A stretch of DNA of 64,000 nt from a virus (IMGVR_UViG_2531839010_000002:9765-73764), one strand, 5' to 3'; shown: positions 47,501-58,870, counted from the first letter of the stretch. Numbers and translations: made by a program. The notes: a model not told the origin generated them from the sequence alone.

Positions 47501-50500
47501 CCTTTGACTCGGAAAAACTGGCATGGGTTTCCGAGTATGCCCAGCTGAAAGAGTTGCTGACCCCGGAGGAATATGCCGCCGCCAGAAGCTCTACCCTCAA
47601 TGCCCATTACACCAGCCCTACGGTTATCCAGGCAATCTATGAAGCGGTGGGGCGCATGGGCTTTGAGACCGGAAATATTTTGGAGCCATCTATGGGTGTG
47701 GGCAACTTCTTCGGTATGCTGCCGGAGGAAATGAGAAACAGCCGTCTATACGGTGTGGAGCTGGACCCGATTTCCGGGCGCATCGCAAAGCAGCTCTATC
47801 CCAAGGCGGACATCACAGTAGGCGGCTTTGAGACCACTGACAGGCGGGACTTCTTTGACCTTGCCATCGGCAATGTGCCTTTCGGTCAGTATCAGGTCAA
47901 CGACAAAACTTACAACAAGTTAAACTTTAGTATTCACAACTACTTTTTCGCCAAAGCACTGGATCAGGTGCGCCCCGGCGGTGTGGTAGCTTTTGTGACC
48001 TCCCGCTATACCATGGACGCCAAGGATTCCACCGTGCGCCGCTATCTTGCCCAGCGTGCCGAGCTGCTGGGAGCGATCCGTCTGCCTAATGACGCGTTCA
48101 AAAAGAATGCCGGTGCCGAGGTTGTATCGGACATCATCTTTCTCCAAAAGCGGGACCGTCCGCTGGACATTGCACCAGAGTGGACGCAGACCGGACAAAC
48201 GGAGGATGGGTTTGCCATCAACCGGTATTTTATCGACCACCCGGAAATGGTGCTGGGCAGACAGGAGCCGGTAAGCACTGCTCATGGTATGGATTACACC
48301 GTGAACCCTATCGAGGGACTGGAGCTTTCCGACCAGCTGCATGATGCGGTGAAGTACATTCATGGCACTTATCAGGAGGCAGAGCTGCCGGAGCTGGGCG
48401 AAGGCGAAGCCATTGACACCTCCATTCCTGCCGACCCAAATGTGAAGAACTATTCCTATGCCATTGTAGACGGGCAGGTGTACTATCGGGAAAACAGCCG
48501 CATGGTGCGCCCTGACCTCAACGCCACCGCCGAAGCCCGCGTGAAAGGTCTTGTGGGACTGCGTGATTGTGTGCAGGAACTGATCGACCTTCAGATGGAT
48601 GCAGCGGTTCCAGACAGCACCATTACCCAAAAACAGGCGGAACTGAACCGGCTCTATGACAGCTTTTCTGCCAAATACGGTCTCATCAATGACCGTGCAA
48701 ACCGCCTGGCCTATGCAGACGATTCTTCCTATTACCTGCTCTGTGCGCTGGAAGTTATTGACGAGGACGGAAAGCTGGAGCGCAAGGCGGATATGTTCAC
48801 CAAACGAACCATCAAGCCCCATCAGGCAGTGGCTGCTGTGGATACGGCAAGCGAAGCACTGGCGGTGTCCATCTCGGAAAAAGCCTGCGTAGATATGGGC
48901 TATATGAGCCAGCTTAGCGGAAAAACAAAAGAAGAACTGGAGGGAGAACTGCAAGGTGTGATCTTCCGTGTACCGGGACAGCTGGAACAGGACGGATCGC
49001 CCCATTATGTGACTGCTGATGAATACCTTTCCGGCAATGTACGCCGCAAACTGCGTCAGGCACAGAGGGCGGCACAGCAGGACCCGGTTTATGCAGTCAA
49101 TGTGGAAGCCCTTACCGCCGCCCAGCCCAAAGACCTGAATGCGTCGGAGATCGAGGTGCGTCTGGGCGCTACCTGGATTGACAAGGAGTACATCCAGCAG
49201 TTTATGTATGAGACCTTCAACACCCCGGTTTATCTCCAGCGCAGCATTGAGGTCAACTATTCCTCCTTTACTGCTGAATGGCAGATCAAGGGGAAATCTT
49301 CTGTATCCTACAACGATGTGGCAGCCTACACCACCTACGGAACCAGCCGTGCCAATGCCTACAAGATTTTGGAGGACAGCCTGAACCTGCGGGATGTCCG
49401 TATCTATGACACCATAGAGGACGCAGACGGAAAAGAGCGCCGCGTGCTGAATGCCAAGGAGACCACTCTGGCTGCCCAACAACAGCAGGCTATCCGGGAA
49501 GCCTTTAGGGACTGGATCTGGAGAGACCCGGAGCGCCGCCAGACTTTGGTGCGCCAGTATAACGAAGAAATGAACGCTACCCGTCCCCGCGAGTATGATG
49601 GCAGCCATATCACTTTTGGCGGCATGAACCCGGCCATTACCCTGCGGGAACACCAAAAAAGCGCTATCGCCCATGTGCTGTATGGCGGAAATACCCTGCT
49701 GGCACACGAAGTAGGCGCGGGCAAAACCTTTGAGATGGTGGCCGCTGCGATGGAAGCCAAACGCCTGGGCTTGTGCCAGAAATCTCTCTTTGTGGTTCCC
49801 AACCACCTGACTGAGCAGTGGGCATCGGAGTTTCTGCGCCTCTATCCTTCTGCCAACATCTTAGTCACAACCAAAAAGGACTTTGAGACCCATAACCGCA
49901 AGAAGTTCTGCGCCCGTATTGCGACCGGTGACTACGACGCCATCATCATGGGACACAGTCAGTTTGAGCGTATCCCCATCAGCCGGGAGCGTCAGGAACG
50001 GCTTCTCTATGAGCAGATCGACGAGATCACCGAGGGGATTGCAGAGGTACAGGCCAGCGGCGGCGAGCGTTTTACCGTCAAGCAGCTGGAGCGTACCAGA
50101 AAGTCTCTGGAAGCCAGACTGGAAAAGCTGCAAGCCGAAGGGCGAAAAGACGATGTGGTAACCTTCGAGCAGCTGGGTGTGGACCGTTTGTTTGTGGACG
50201 AGGCCCACAACTATAAAAACCTGTTTCTATACACAAAAATGCGGAATGTGGCTGGTCTGTCCACATCGGACGCGCAGAAATCCTCCGATATGTTTGCCAA
50301 GTGCCGCTATATGGATGAGATCACCGGAAACCGTGGCGTGATTTTTGCCACCGGCACCCCGGTCAGCAACTCCATGACCGAGCTTTACACCATGCAGCGT
50401 TATCTTCAGTATGAACGCCTGCAAGAACTGAACATGACCCACTTCGACTGCTGGGCTTCCCGATTTGGAGAGACCGTCACAGCATTGGAGCTGGCACCGG

Positions 50501-51265
50501 AAGGCACCGGCTACCGGGCAAGAACGAGATTCAGCAAGTTCTTTAATCTGCCGGAGCTGATGAACCTGTTCAAAGAAGTGGCGGACATCAAGACCGCCGA
50601 CCAACTGAACCTGCCCACCCCGGAGGTGGAATACCACAACATCGTGGCGCAGCCTACCGAACATCAGCAGGAAATGGTCAAGGCTCTTTCGGAGCGTGCA
50701 TCGCTGGTACACAGCGGAACCGTTGACCCGTCTCAGGACAATATGCTCAAGATTACCTCGGATGGCCGTAAGCTGGGGCTTGACCAGAGGATCGTCAACC
50801 AGATGCTGCCGGACGAATCTGGCACAAAGGTCAATCAGTGTGTGGACAACATCATGCAGATCTGGCGGGACGGCAAAGCTGACAAGCTGACCCAGTTGGT
50901 GTTCTGCGACATTTCCACGCCCCAGTCAGCTCTCTCCAAAAAGGCAGCCAAACAGCTGGACAATCCGCTGCTTCACGGGTTGGAAGAAGCAATCCCACTG
51001 GATGAACCGGAGCCTGCCTTTACCATCTATGAGGACATCCGCCAGAAGCTCATCGCCCAGGGGATGCCTGCCGAGCAGATCGCCTTTATCCACGAAGCCA
51101 ACACAGAGGTACGGAAAAAGGAACTGTTCTCCAAGGTCCGCACCGGGCAGGTGCGTGTCCTATTAGGAAGCACTGCCAAGATGGGTGCTGGCACCAATGT
51201 GCAGGACCGCCTTGTGGCGTTGCATGATTTGGACTGTCCGTGGCGTCCGGGAGATGTAGGACGGA

Positions 51266-51281
51266 TTTTGCGGACATTCAA
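51266..51281 (+). repeat. Left subterminal inverted repeat TTTTGCGGACATTCAA (partner 62178-62194)
   Basis: Reverse complement of TTGAACTGTCCGCAAAA with one-base gap. Confidence 0.8.
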
Positions 51282-51310
51282 AATAAAAAAGAATGTGGAG
51301 GTAACAGACA

Positions 51311-51685
51311 ATGGCAAAATCATTATTTGAGGAACTGGGCGGCAAATACGAAAGGCAAGGCGATTATCTAATTCCATGTATAACTTTACCCGCCGAAGAA
51401 GAACAGGCAATAGGTATCTGGGGGCAGCGGCATTTGGATTATCTGAAGCATCACTGTAAAGTTACATACACCAATCTTCTTACAAGCGGCAGACTTAACG
51501 CTTACCTTGCCGACATTGACAGACAGGCACAGGAACGCTTTGAAAGGCTCATAGAGGGTATGAAACAGGCACAGGGCATAACGGAACAGCTAAAGGCAGA
51601 AAACGCCTTAGAATGGACAGGATGCCTCAATAACATAAGGGCTTGTGCGAGGGAGATTGTGGAAAAGGAAATTATTTTTGCATAA
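51311..51685 (+). CDS. tnpV: TnpV family protein
   Basis: LFEELGGKYERQGDYLIP motif; SD GGAGG. Confidence 0.85.
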   Translation: MAKSLFEELGGKYERQGDYLIPCITLPAEEEQAIGIWGQRHLDYLKHHCKVTYTNLLTSGRLNAYLADIDRQAQERFERLIEGMKQAQGITEQLKAENALEWTGCLNNIRACAREIVEKEIIFA

Positions 51686-51698
51686 ACAGATGATTAGT

Positions 51699-51727
51699 GG
51701 CAGGGTGAAATCCTGCCGCTTTTTTTG
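51699..51727 (+). terminator. Terminator after tnpV
   Basis: GGCAGG-GTGAAAT-CCTGCC-GC-T8. Confidence 0.75.
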
Positions 51728-51742
51728 CTTTAGTTTGTCAGC

Positions 51743-51771
51743 TTGACAAATAAAGGGTTAAGGAATATAAT
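51743..51771 (+). promoter_or_regulatory. Consensus sigmaA promoter of tet(O)
   Basis: TTGACA-17-TATAAT. Confidence 0.9.
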
Positions 51772-51980
51772 TAGATTCAGTTTTATACAAGGAGTTAATA
51801 AATATGCGGCAAGGTATTCTTAAATAAACTGTCAATTTGATAGTGGGAACAAAAAGTAGCAGTCCCGTTTCACTTTTAATATGGGGCTTAGTTTTTTGTA
51901 CCCAGTTTAAGAATACTTTTATCATGTAATTTTATATGCCCGAAAACATATAAGTGTTTTGGGGCTATTGGAGTTATTTG

Positions 51981-52015
51981 CCCAGTGATAGGAGTATTTA
52001 TCACTGGGTATTTTT
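51981..52015 (+). promoter_or_regulatory. Attenuator-like hairpin in tet(O) leader
   Basis: CCCAGTGATA/TATCACTGGG stem followed by TATTTTT. Confidence 0.6.
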
Positions 52016-52051
52016 ATGCCCTTTTTTGGGTGTTGATAGGAGGAAAATCAC

Positions 52052-53971
52052 ATGAAAATAATTAACTTAGGTATTCTGGCTCACGTTGACGCAGGAAAGA
52101 CAACATTAACGGAGAGTTTATTGTATACCAGTGGTGCAATTGCAGAACTAGGGAGCGTAGATAAAGGCACAACAAGGACAGATACAATGAATTTGGAGCG
52201 TCAAAGGGGAATCACTATCCAGACAGCAGTGACATCTTTTCAGTGGGAGGATGTAAAAGTCAACATTATAGATACGCCAGGCCATATGGATTTTTTGGCG
52301 GAAGTATACCGTTCTTTATCCGTATTAGACGGAGCAGTATTATTAGTTTCTGCAAAGGATGGCATACAGGCACAGACCCGTATACTGTTTCATGCATTAC
52401 AGACAATGAAGATTCCGACAATTTTTTTCATCAATAAAATTGACCAAGAGGGGATTGATTTGCCAATGGTATATCGGGAAATGAAAGCAAAGCTTTCTTC
52501 GGAAATTATAGTGAAGCAAAAGGTTGGGCAGCATCCCCATATAAATGTAACGGACAATGACGATATGGAACAGTGGGATGCGGTAATTATGGGAAACGAT
52601 GAACTATTAGAGAAATATATGTCAGGGAAACCGTTTAAAATGTCAGAACTGGAACAGGAAGAAAACAGGAGATTCCAAAACGGAACGTTATTTCCCGTTT
52701 ATCACGGAAGCGCTAAAAACAATCTGGGGATTCGGCAGCTTATAGAAGTGATTGCCAGTAAATTTTATTCATCAACGCCTGAAGGTCAATCTGAACTATG
52801 CGGGCAGGTTTTTAAGATTGAATATTCAGAGAAAAGGCGGCGTTTTGTTTATGTGCGTATATATAGCGGAACATTGCATTTGAGGGATGTCATTAGAATA
52901 TCTGAAAAAGAGAAAATAAAAATCACAGAGATGTGTGTTCCGACAAACGGTGAATTATATCCATCCGATACAGCCTGCTCTGGTGATATTGTAATTTTAC
53001 CAAATGATGTTTTGCAGCTAAACAGTATTTTGGGGAACGAAATGCTGTTGCCGCAGAGAAAATTTATTGAAAATCCTCTCCCTATGCTCCAAACAACGAT
53101 TGCAGTAAAGAAATCTGAACAGCGGGAAATATTGCTTGGGGCACTTACAGAAATTTCAGATGGCGACCCTCTTTTAAAATATTATGTGGATACTACAACG
53201 CATGAGATTATACTTTCTTTTTTGGGGAATGTGCAGATGGAAGTCATTTGTGCCATCCTTGAGGAAAAATATCATGTGGAGGCAGAAATAAAAGAGCCTA
53301 CTGTTATATATATGGAAAGACCGCTTAGAAAAGCAGAATATACCATCCACATAGAAGTCCCGCCAAATCCTTTCTGGGCTTCTGTCGGGTTGTCCATAGA
53401 GCCGCTCCCTATTGGAAGCGGAGTGCAGTATGAAAGCAGAGTTTCACTTGGATATTTAAACCAATCGTTCCAAAATGCGGTTATGGAGGGGGTTCTCTAT
53501 GGCTGCGAGCAGGGGCTGTATGGATGGAAAGTGACAGACTGTAAAATCTGTTTTGAATATGGATTGTATTATAGTCCTGTAAGTACCCCCGCAGACTTTC
53601 GGCTGCTTTCCCCTATCGTATTGGAGCAGGCTTTAAAAAAAGCAGGGACAGAACTATTAGAGCCATATCTCCACTTTGAAATTTATGCACCGCAGGAATA
53701 TCTCTCACGGGCGTATCATGATGCCCCAAGGTATTGTGCAGATATTGTAAGTACTCAGATAAAGAATGACGAGGTCATTCTGAAAGGAGAAATCCCTGCC
53801 AGATGTATTCAAGAATACAGGAACGATTTAACTTATTTCACAAATGGGCAGGGAGTCTGCTTGACGGAGTTAAAAGGATACCAGCCAGCTATTGGTAAAT
53901 TTATTTGCCAACCCCGCCGCCCGAATAGCCGTATAGATAAGGTTCGGCATATGTTCCACAAGTTAGCTTAA
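52052..53971 (+). CDS. tet(O): Tetracycline ribosomal protection protein Tet(O)
   Basis: 639 aa, [17 protein letters not shown]...[10 protein letters not shown], matches Tet(O) as recalled. Confidence 0.95.
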   Translation: MKIINLGILAHVDAGKTTLTESLLYTSGAIAELGSVDKGTTRTDTMNLERQRGITIQTAVTSFQWEDVKVNIIDTPGHMDFLAEVYRSLSVLDGAVLLVSAKDGIQAQTRILFHALQTMKIPTIFFINKIDQEGIDLPMVYREMKAKLSSEIIVKQKVGQHPHINVTDNDDMEQWDAVIMGNDELLEKYMSGKPFKMSELEQEENRRFQNGTLFPVYHGSAKNNLGIRQLIEVIASKFYSSTPEGQSELCGQVFKIEYSEKRRRFVYVRIYSGTLHLRDVIRISEKEKIKITEMCVPTNGELYPSDTACSGDIVILPNDVLQLNSILGNEMLLPQRKFIENPLPMLQTTIAVKKSEQREILLGALTEISDGDPLLKYYVDTTTHEIILSFLGNVQMEVICAILEEKYHVEAEIKEPTVIYMERPLRKAEYTIHIEVPPNPFWASVGLSIEPLPIGSGVQYESRVSLGYLNQSFQNAVMEGVLYGCEQGLYGWKVTDCKICFEYGLYYSPVSTPADFRLLSPIVLEQALKKAGTELLEPYLHFEIYAPQEYLSRAYHDAPRYCADIVSTQIKNDEVILKGEIPARCIQEYRNDLTYFTNGQGVCLTELKGYQPAIGKFICQPRRPNSRIDKVRHMFHKLA

Positions 53972-54022
53972 CAGCTTGCAAAAGTCGTATAAAATGAGAT
54001 TTGAAAGGATTAGAGACTAATT

Positions 54023-54196
54023 ATGATGAAATGCGAATGGATATTGTGTCCTGTTTGTGGGAGCAAAACCCGTAATAAAATTAGGAAGGACACTGTTTTG
54101 AAGAATTATCCCCTTTATTGTCCAAAATGCAGACAGGAAAGATTGATTAAAGTTGACAACTTGAAGATAACTGTCATCAAAGAGCCAGACGCTTAA
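54023..54196 (+). CDS. cpp2: 57-aa cysteine-rich KTR zinc-ribbon protein
   Basis: WILCPVCGSKTR...YPLYCPKCRQE; hand-translated; usual position after tet(O). Confidence 0.85.
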   Translation: MMKCEWILCPVCGSKTRNKIRKDTVLKNYPLYCPKCRQERLIKVDNLKITVIKEPDA

Positions 54197-54249
54197 GACG
54201 CAGAGCCGATGAAATTGTGGAACAATTCACGAATCATCGGCTCTTTTTG
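54181..54249 (+). terminator. Terminator whose 5' arm is the last of four AGAGCC/AGACGC repeats
   Basis: Repeats at 54181, 54187, 54196, 54202; stem AGAGCCGATGA/TCATCGGCTCT + TTTT. Confidence 0.8.
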
Positions 54250-54684
54250 TTTCGTATTTGAAAGAACAAACTCACCAAATAAAAAAAACGATATTCGGGT
54301 GGGTTATTTTGTTATACCCTAAATTACCCTCTGAATTTGTTTTTAAATTTGGAGGGATTTTTTTATGTTCTTTTTTCGGGCGGTTATTCATCTGCTCATA
54401 CGAAGTAAAATTTATCAATACATAGCATGTCAGAGAACGGCAGGAAACCAGTTAAAAAAATTTCTGCCAGTGCAGCGGTACTTCTCACCTTGAAAGTAGA
54501 AGTACAATCTCTATACAACAGAATTATTATTTCCTATAACCGTAAAGGTCACAGAGCCTTTGCGGTTTTTCTTTTGTCGATTTTTGTTGGAAAGTGCCGC
54601 AGGGCTGTTTCTGATATGCGGTGTCGTTCTCCGCCTCTCCATCTGGATTTTACATTTCAAAAATTCGGATTGGAGGACAATACG

Positions 54685-55194
54685 GTGAAATATGCACCAA
54701 GAAAGGTATATATCAGGGAAAGTGGCGGCTATGTGGAATTATCTTACACGGACTTCTGCCGCTGCAGGGAATCCGACCAGACCTACATGGACAAGCTGTT
54801 TATCCCCATTCAAGGATGTCTGCTGGAAGTCTTGAGGGAGCAATACACAGACTTCTACCGAGATAAGGAACGGTGGCGTTATCTGCAAAAATTAGATACG
54901 AAGAACAGCCTGCTTTCTCTGGATGGATTTACGGACAGAGAGGGGAATCCTCTGGACTTTATCGCTGATGAAGCGGCGGACATTGCGGAAACCGTTGTCA
55001 ATGCGGTTATGGTGGACAGGCTGAAAGCCGCCCTGCCTTTGCTGTCGGATAGTGAACAGGAGCTGATACAGGCAATCTTTTTTGACGGACTTTCCGAGCG
55101 TGAAGTTGGGGAGAGGTTGGGCATAACCCAGAGCGTTGTGAACAAACGCAAAGCTAGAATCCTTATAAAACTAAGAAAGATAATAGAAAATTAA
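54685..55194 (+). CDS. Sigma70 region-4-like HTH protein
   Basis: GTG start with SD GGAGG; LSEREVGERLGITQSVVNKRK. Confidence 0.8.
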   Translation: MKYAPRKVYIRESGGYVELSYTDFCRCRESDQTYMDKLFIPIQGCLLEVLREQYTDFYRDKERWRYLQKLDTKNSLLSLDGFTDREGNPLDFIADEAADIAETVVNAVMVDRLKAALPLLSDSEQELIQAIFFDGLSEREVGERLGITQSVVNKRKARILIKLRKIIEN

Positions 55195-55288
55195 ATTTTA
55201 AGGCGTTCAGCCCCCTTGTTTTTTCCTTTGGGAAAATGAGGGGGCTTTTGCTGCCCTCTCAATCAATTCTGATTGGAGGAAAAGAAGC

Positions 55289-55714
55289 ATGGCATACAAC
55301 CACGGACGGGAGGACAGGAAATGGCGTATCTGGAAAGAAGCGGAGGAAAAGCTGCTGCGTGAGTGCGGCGTTGATGAAGCGACTATTGAGCAGATACGCA
55401 TTGCGGACAGGGCAGACTTCAATTCCAACAGGCGGTTTTACCGATGGACGAATGACGTTGCGGAATACCTTGAGGACATGGCAGACAGGGAGCGGCAGAC
55501 GGAAGTGGGTACGGTTGCGGAGTTACTGGACGAGATTGAGAGCGAAAATCTCTATCAAGTATTAGTCACGGTGGACGGGCGTACCTTGAAAATCGTCCTG
55601 CTGAAAATGCAGGGGTATTCCACAAAGGAGATTGCCCCACTTGTGCATTTGACGACTGGTGCCATCTATGCGAGGTTAGACCATCTGCGGAAGAAGCTGC
55701 GGAAAATTTTGTAA
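55289..55714 (+). CDS. Sigma70 region-4-like HTH protein
   Basis: GYSTKEIAPLVHLTTGAIYARL. Confidence 0.8.
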   Translation: MAYNHGREDRKWRIWKEAEEKLLRECGVDEATIEQIRIADRADFNSNRRFYRWTNDVAEYLEDMADRERQTEVGTVAELLDEIESENLYQVLVTVDGRTLKIVLLKMQGYSTKEIAPLVHLTTGAIYARLDHLRKKLRKIL

Positions 55715-55798
55715 GCGTCTAATACATCCCATTATCCTGCGGGCTACTGGGTGGGGAGTGAAATCTCCCCGCTTATTTTTTGGCAGGAGGACAGCGGG

Positions 55799-56272
55799 AT
55801 GGCATACAGGGTTAAGGCATACACGCTTCGGGAGGAATCCACGGAAAGTAGCACAAGGTATTTTATCAGTTTTAAGGACGGGCAGGGCAAATCCCACGAG
55901 TTGGAAGTGTCGGAACAGTTCTTTATGGAGTTTCGGCAGATGGAACGCAGGAACAGGAATCTTCTCCAATGGGACGAGCGGCACAGGGAGTTCAACGAGG
56001 TATGGGACGAAACCCTTTACAGACGGGCGTTGCGTGTGCCTAAGAGCCTTGATGAACGCATGATTGAAGAAGAACGGAATGAAACGCTCTGTAAGGCGGT
56101 TGAGAGCCTGCCAGAGATACAAAGGCGGCGTTTCCTGCTTTATTACGAGTATGGGTTCAATTTTTACCAAATCGCTGCGATGGAGCATTGCACCGCTTCA
56201 GCAATACAGAAATCTGTTGCGATTGCAAAGGAGAAAGTAAAGGCGGAAATGAAGAAGTATCTCCAACCGTGA
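55799..56272 (+). CDS. Sigma70 region-4-like HTH protein
   Basis: LPEIQRRRFLLYY..NFYQIA.ME. Confidence 0.8.
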   Translation: MAYRVKAYTLREESTESSTRYFISFKDGQGKSHELEVSEQFFMEFRQMERRNRNLLQWDERHREFNEVWDETLYRRALRVPKSLDERMIEEERNETLCKAVESLPEIQRRRFLLYYEYGFNFYQIAAMEHCTASAIQKSVAIAKEKVKAEMKKYLQP

Positions 56273-56425
56273 CCGACACCGACCGAAAAAGAAATCTGTT
56301 TTTTATTTGTGTGGGATTGGCGGCATTACATACTCTCACTTTTTTCGTGGGAGTAAATCTATTTTTAAGGAGGTCAACGCCTATGTGCAACGAAAACAAA
56401 AACACCGACCGAAAGGAGGAAACCC

Positions 56426-57457
56426 ATGCAGAAGTTACAGACAATCAACGCCGAAACGCTCCTTTATGAGCCGCTTGAGAAGCCGTCCTTTGTGGTAGAC
56501 AGCCTTATTCCCACAGGATTGTCGCTGTTCTGCGGCTCACAGAAGATAGGCAAGAGCTGGCTCATGCTGAAGCTATGCCTATGCGTGTCACAGGGAATCC
56601 CTTTATGGGATATGCCGACAATGGAGGGCGATGTGCTTTACCTCTGCCTTGAGGACACGTTCTGCCGCATACAGGACAGGCTGTTCCGATTGACGGACGA
56701 AGCAAGCGGGCGGCTCCACTTTGCCGTGGCAAGCTGCAAGTTGTCAGACGGTCTTATCGTGCAGCTTGAGGATTATCTGAAAGATTACCCAGACAGCAGG
56801 CTCATTGTGATTGATACCTTGCAGAAAGTCCGTACAGCTTCAAAAGACAACGCCTATGCAAGCGACTATGGGGACATCTCCCTAATCAAAGACTTTGCCG
56901 ACAGGCATTCTCTGGCGGTGGTAGTCGTACACCATATCCGAAAGCAGAATGACAGCGACGTGTTCAACAAGGTGTCTGGGACGACAGGCTTAACGGGGAG
57001 TGCGGACGCTACCTTTGTTCTGGAAAAGGAGAAACGGGCATCCGATACCGCCAAGCTGTATGTGACAGGCAGGGATACGCCTTATCAGGAATTCACGCTG
57101 CGTTTCCGTGATTGCAGTTGGGAACTTGTGGAGAGGAAAACGCAGGAGCAGCTTGCGAAAGAAACGATACCAGATGTCCTTTTTCGGTTAGTGGATTTTA
57201 TGAGGGATAAGGAAGAATGGGCAGGCACGGCAACGGAACTGTTAGCCGCTATGGGGGAAACGGAAACCGTACCCACGGTGATTACGAAATGGCTGAATGA
57301 ATACCGCACCACATTTTTAAGCGAGAACCGTATCTGCTACCAGTACAGCCGCAGGAAAGACGGCAGGCAGATTGCCCTTGCAAGGCGGGAGGGTGACAGC
57401 GGTGACGGTGGTGACAGCGATATTGGGATACCCCCTGTTACTGTCATTGACGCTTAA
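56426..57457 (+). CDS. AAA (RecA-like, RepA-type) helicase
   Basis: GSQKIGKS Walker A, LIVIDTLQ Walker B, VVHHIRK. Confidence 0.85.
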   Translation: MQKLQTINAETLLYEPLEKPSFVVDSLIPTGLSLFCGSQKIGKSWLMLKLCLCVSQGIPLWDMPTMEGDVLYLCLEDTFCRIQDRLFRLTDEASGRLHFAVASCKLSDGLIVQLEDYLKDYPDSRLIVIDTLQKVRTASKDNAYASDYGDISLIKDFADRHSLAVVVVHHIRKQNDSDVFNKVSGTTGLTGSADATFVLEKEKRASDTAKLYVTGRDTPYQEFTLRFRDCSWELVERKTQEQLAKETIPDVLFRLVDFMRDKEEWAGTATELLAAMGETETVPTVITKWLNEYRTTFLSENRICYQYSRRKDGRQIALARREGDSGDGGDSDIGIPPVTVIDA

Positions 57458-57856
57458 AGCCGTGTAAAGTTGGCGGCTCTGCCCTGCGGGTGACAGCGGT
57501 GACGGCGGTGACAGTGATTTTAGGATACCCCGCCGCTGTCATCCCTACGGGAGAACACCCCGCAAACGCAAAGTGCAGGCGTGGGATTCACCCGCCCTTT
57601 TCGGCGTGTAAAACCACCCCTGCGGTCAGAAAAATCCATCTGATTTTTCCGACTGCGTTTACAGGGTGTAACACACTACACTTTGCCCTGCAAAGAGCCG
57701 TGTGCCAGACGTTCCCTCTGGACTCCCTTAAAGCAGGGCTGTCGCCCTGCTATCCTGCGCCTTGCGGCTTCGGATAAAAGAATGTCGGGGTGACGGTGAC
57801 GGCTCATGCGAGGGGGTATCCCAATATCGCTGTCACCACTGTCACCGCTGTCACCC
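57390..57856. repeat. Three ~45-bp iteron blocks of GGTGAC(A/G)G(C/T) units ending in GGATACCCC; two direct, one inverted
   Basis: About 57390-57436, 57488-57532 and inverted 57806-57856. Confidence 0.8.
57662..57688 (-). promoter_or_regulatory. Candidate MOBV-type oriT
   Basis: Minus strand AAAGTGTAGTGTTACAC resembles pMV158-family oriT; flanked by CAGGG/CCCTG; upstream of mobV. Confidence 0.55.
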
Positions 57857-57893
57857 AAAGGGCAGTTACCCGCCGAAGAAAGGAAGATGATGA

Positions 57894-58862
57894 ATGATGC
57901 CCTATGCAATCCTGCGTTTCCAGAAACGCAAAGCGGGCGGCGTTGCGGCTTGTGAACGCCACAATGAACGGAAGAAAGAAGCCTATAAAAGCAATCCAGA
58001 TATAGATATGGAACGCTCGAAAAATAACTACCACCTTGTAAGACCGCCACGTTACACCTACAAGAAAGAGATTAACCGCATGGTAGCCGAAGCAGGGTGC
58101 AGGACAAGGAAAGACAGCGTGATGATGGTGGAAACGCTTATCACGGCTTCACCAGAATTTATGAACCAGTTACCGCCCGAAGAACAGAAAGCGTATTTTA
58201 CGATGGCTCTGGACTTCATTTCGGAGCGTGTCGGGGAGAAAAATATCCTCTCCGCTGTCGTCCACATGGACGAGAGAACGCCGCATATGCACCTCTGTTT
58301 TGTGCCGATTACACCAGACAACAAGCTGTCAGCGAAAACCATTTTAGGCAACCAGAAATCATTATCCGAGTGGCAGACCGCCTACCATGAGCGGATGTCC
58401 TCACGGTGGAATCAGCTTGAACGGGGGCAATCCTCAATGGAAACGAAACGGAAACACGTCCCCACATGGCTCTATAAATTGGGCGGCAGGCTTGATAAAC
58501 AGTATGGGGAAATCGTGTCTGCCCTGTCCGACATCAACGCCTTTAACGCAGGGAAGAAGCGTGACAAGGCTCTGGAACTGATAGCGGCATGGCTCCCAGA
58601 CGTGGAGAAATTCTCTAAAGAAATCGGGAAACAGCAGGCGTATATCGACAGTTTGAAAGAGAGAATCGGGCAGGAATCAGACTATGCGGGGCGTATGCGT
58701 GATGAAAAGTACGAGCAGGAATTAAAGGTGCAGAAAGCGAATCAGAAGATATTTGAATTGCAGAGAACCAACGAACAGATGGGGCGGCTGCTGTCAAAAA
58801 TACCGCCAGAAGTGTTGGAAGAATTGCAGAAAAACCATAAAAGCAGAATGAAAGAAAGGTAG
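57894..58862 (+). CDS. mobV: MobV / Mob_Pre relaxase
   Basis: HNER motif and VVHMDERTPHMH. Confidence 0.9.
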   Translation: MMPYAILRFQKRKAGGVAACERHNERKKEAYKSNPDIDMERSKNNYHLVRPPRYTYKKEINRMVAEAGCRTRKDSVMMVETLITASPEFMNQLPPEEQKAYFTMALDFISERVGEKNILSAVVHMDERTPHMHLCFVPITPDNKLSAKTILGNQKSLSEWQTAYHERMSSRWNQLERGQSSMETKRKHVPTWLYKLGGRLDKQYGEIVSALSDINAFNAGKKRDKALELIAAWLPDVEKFSKEIGKQQAYIDSLKERIGQESDYAGRMRDEKYEQELKVQKANQKIFELQRTNEQMGRLLSKIPPEVLEELQKNHKSRMKER

Positions 58863-58870
58863 ATATGTGA

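Larger units (their letters stand above)
43453..51330 (+). pseudogene. SNF2 helicase / N6-adenine methyltransferase, 5' part, truncated by element insertion at 51254
   Basis: EPSMGVGNF, GNVPF, HEVGAGKT, DEAH motifs; native frame stops at PWRPGD, last 24 aa come from the element. Confidence 0.9.

Noticed and set aside
31499-49806. Long minus-strand ORFs (31499-33166, 37435-38817, 40977-42530, 45295-46488, 47920-49806)
   Set aside because: Antisense shadows of well-supported plus-strand genes; no motifs or SDs recognised.
52052-53971. Mosaic tet gene (O/W/O or O/32/O)
   Set aside because: The protein follows Tet(O) as I recall it along its whole length; an alignment would be needed to exclude short patches.
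54427-54684. N-terminal 86 aa of the 255-aa ORF call
   Set aside because: Better start at GTG 54685 with GGAGG; the upstream part contains a terminator-like hairpin (~54540-54570).
57692-57712. AGAGCC...AGACGT near oriT as a third zinc-ribbon switch
   Set aside because: Only one exact repeat, with no adjacent zinc-ribbon gene or overlapping hairpin; likely chance.
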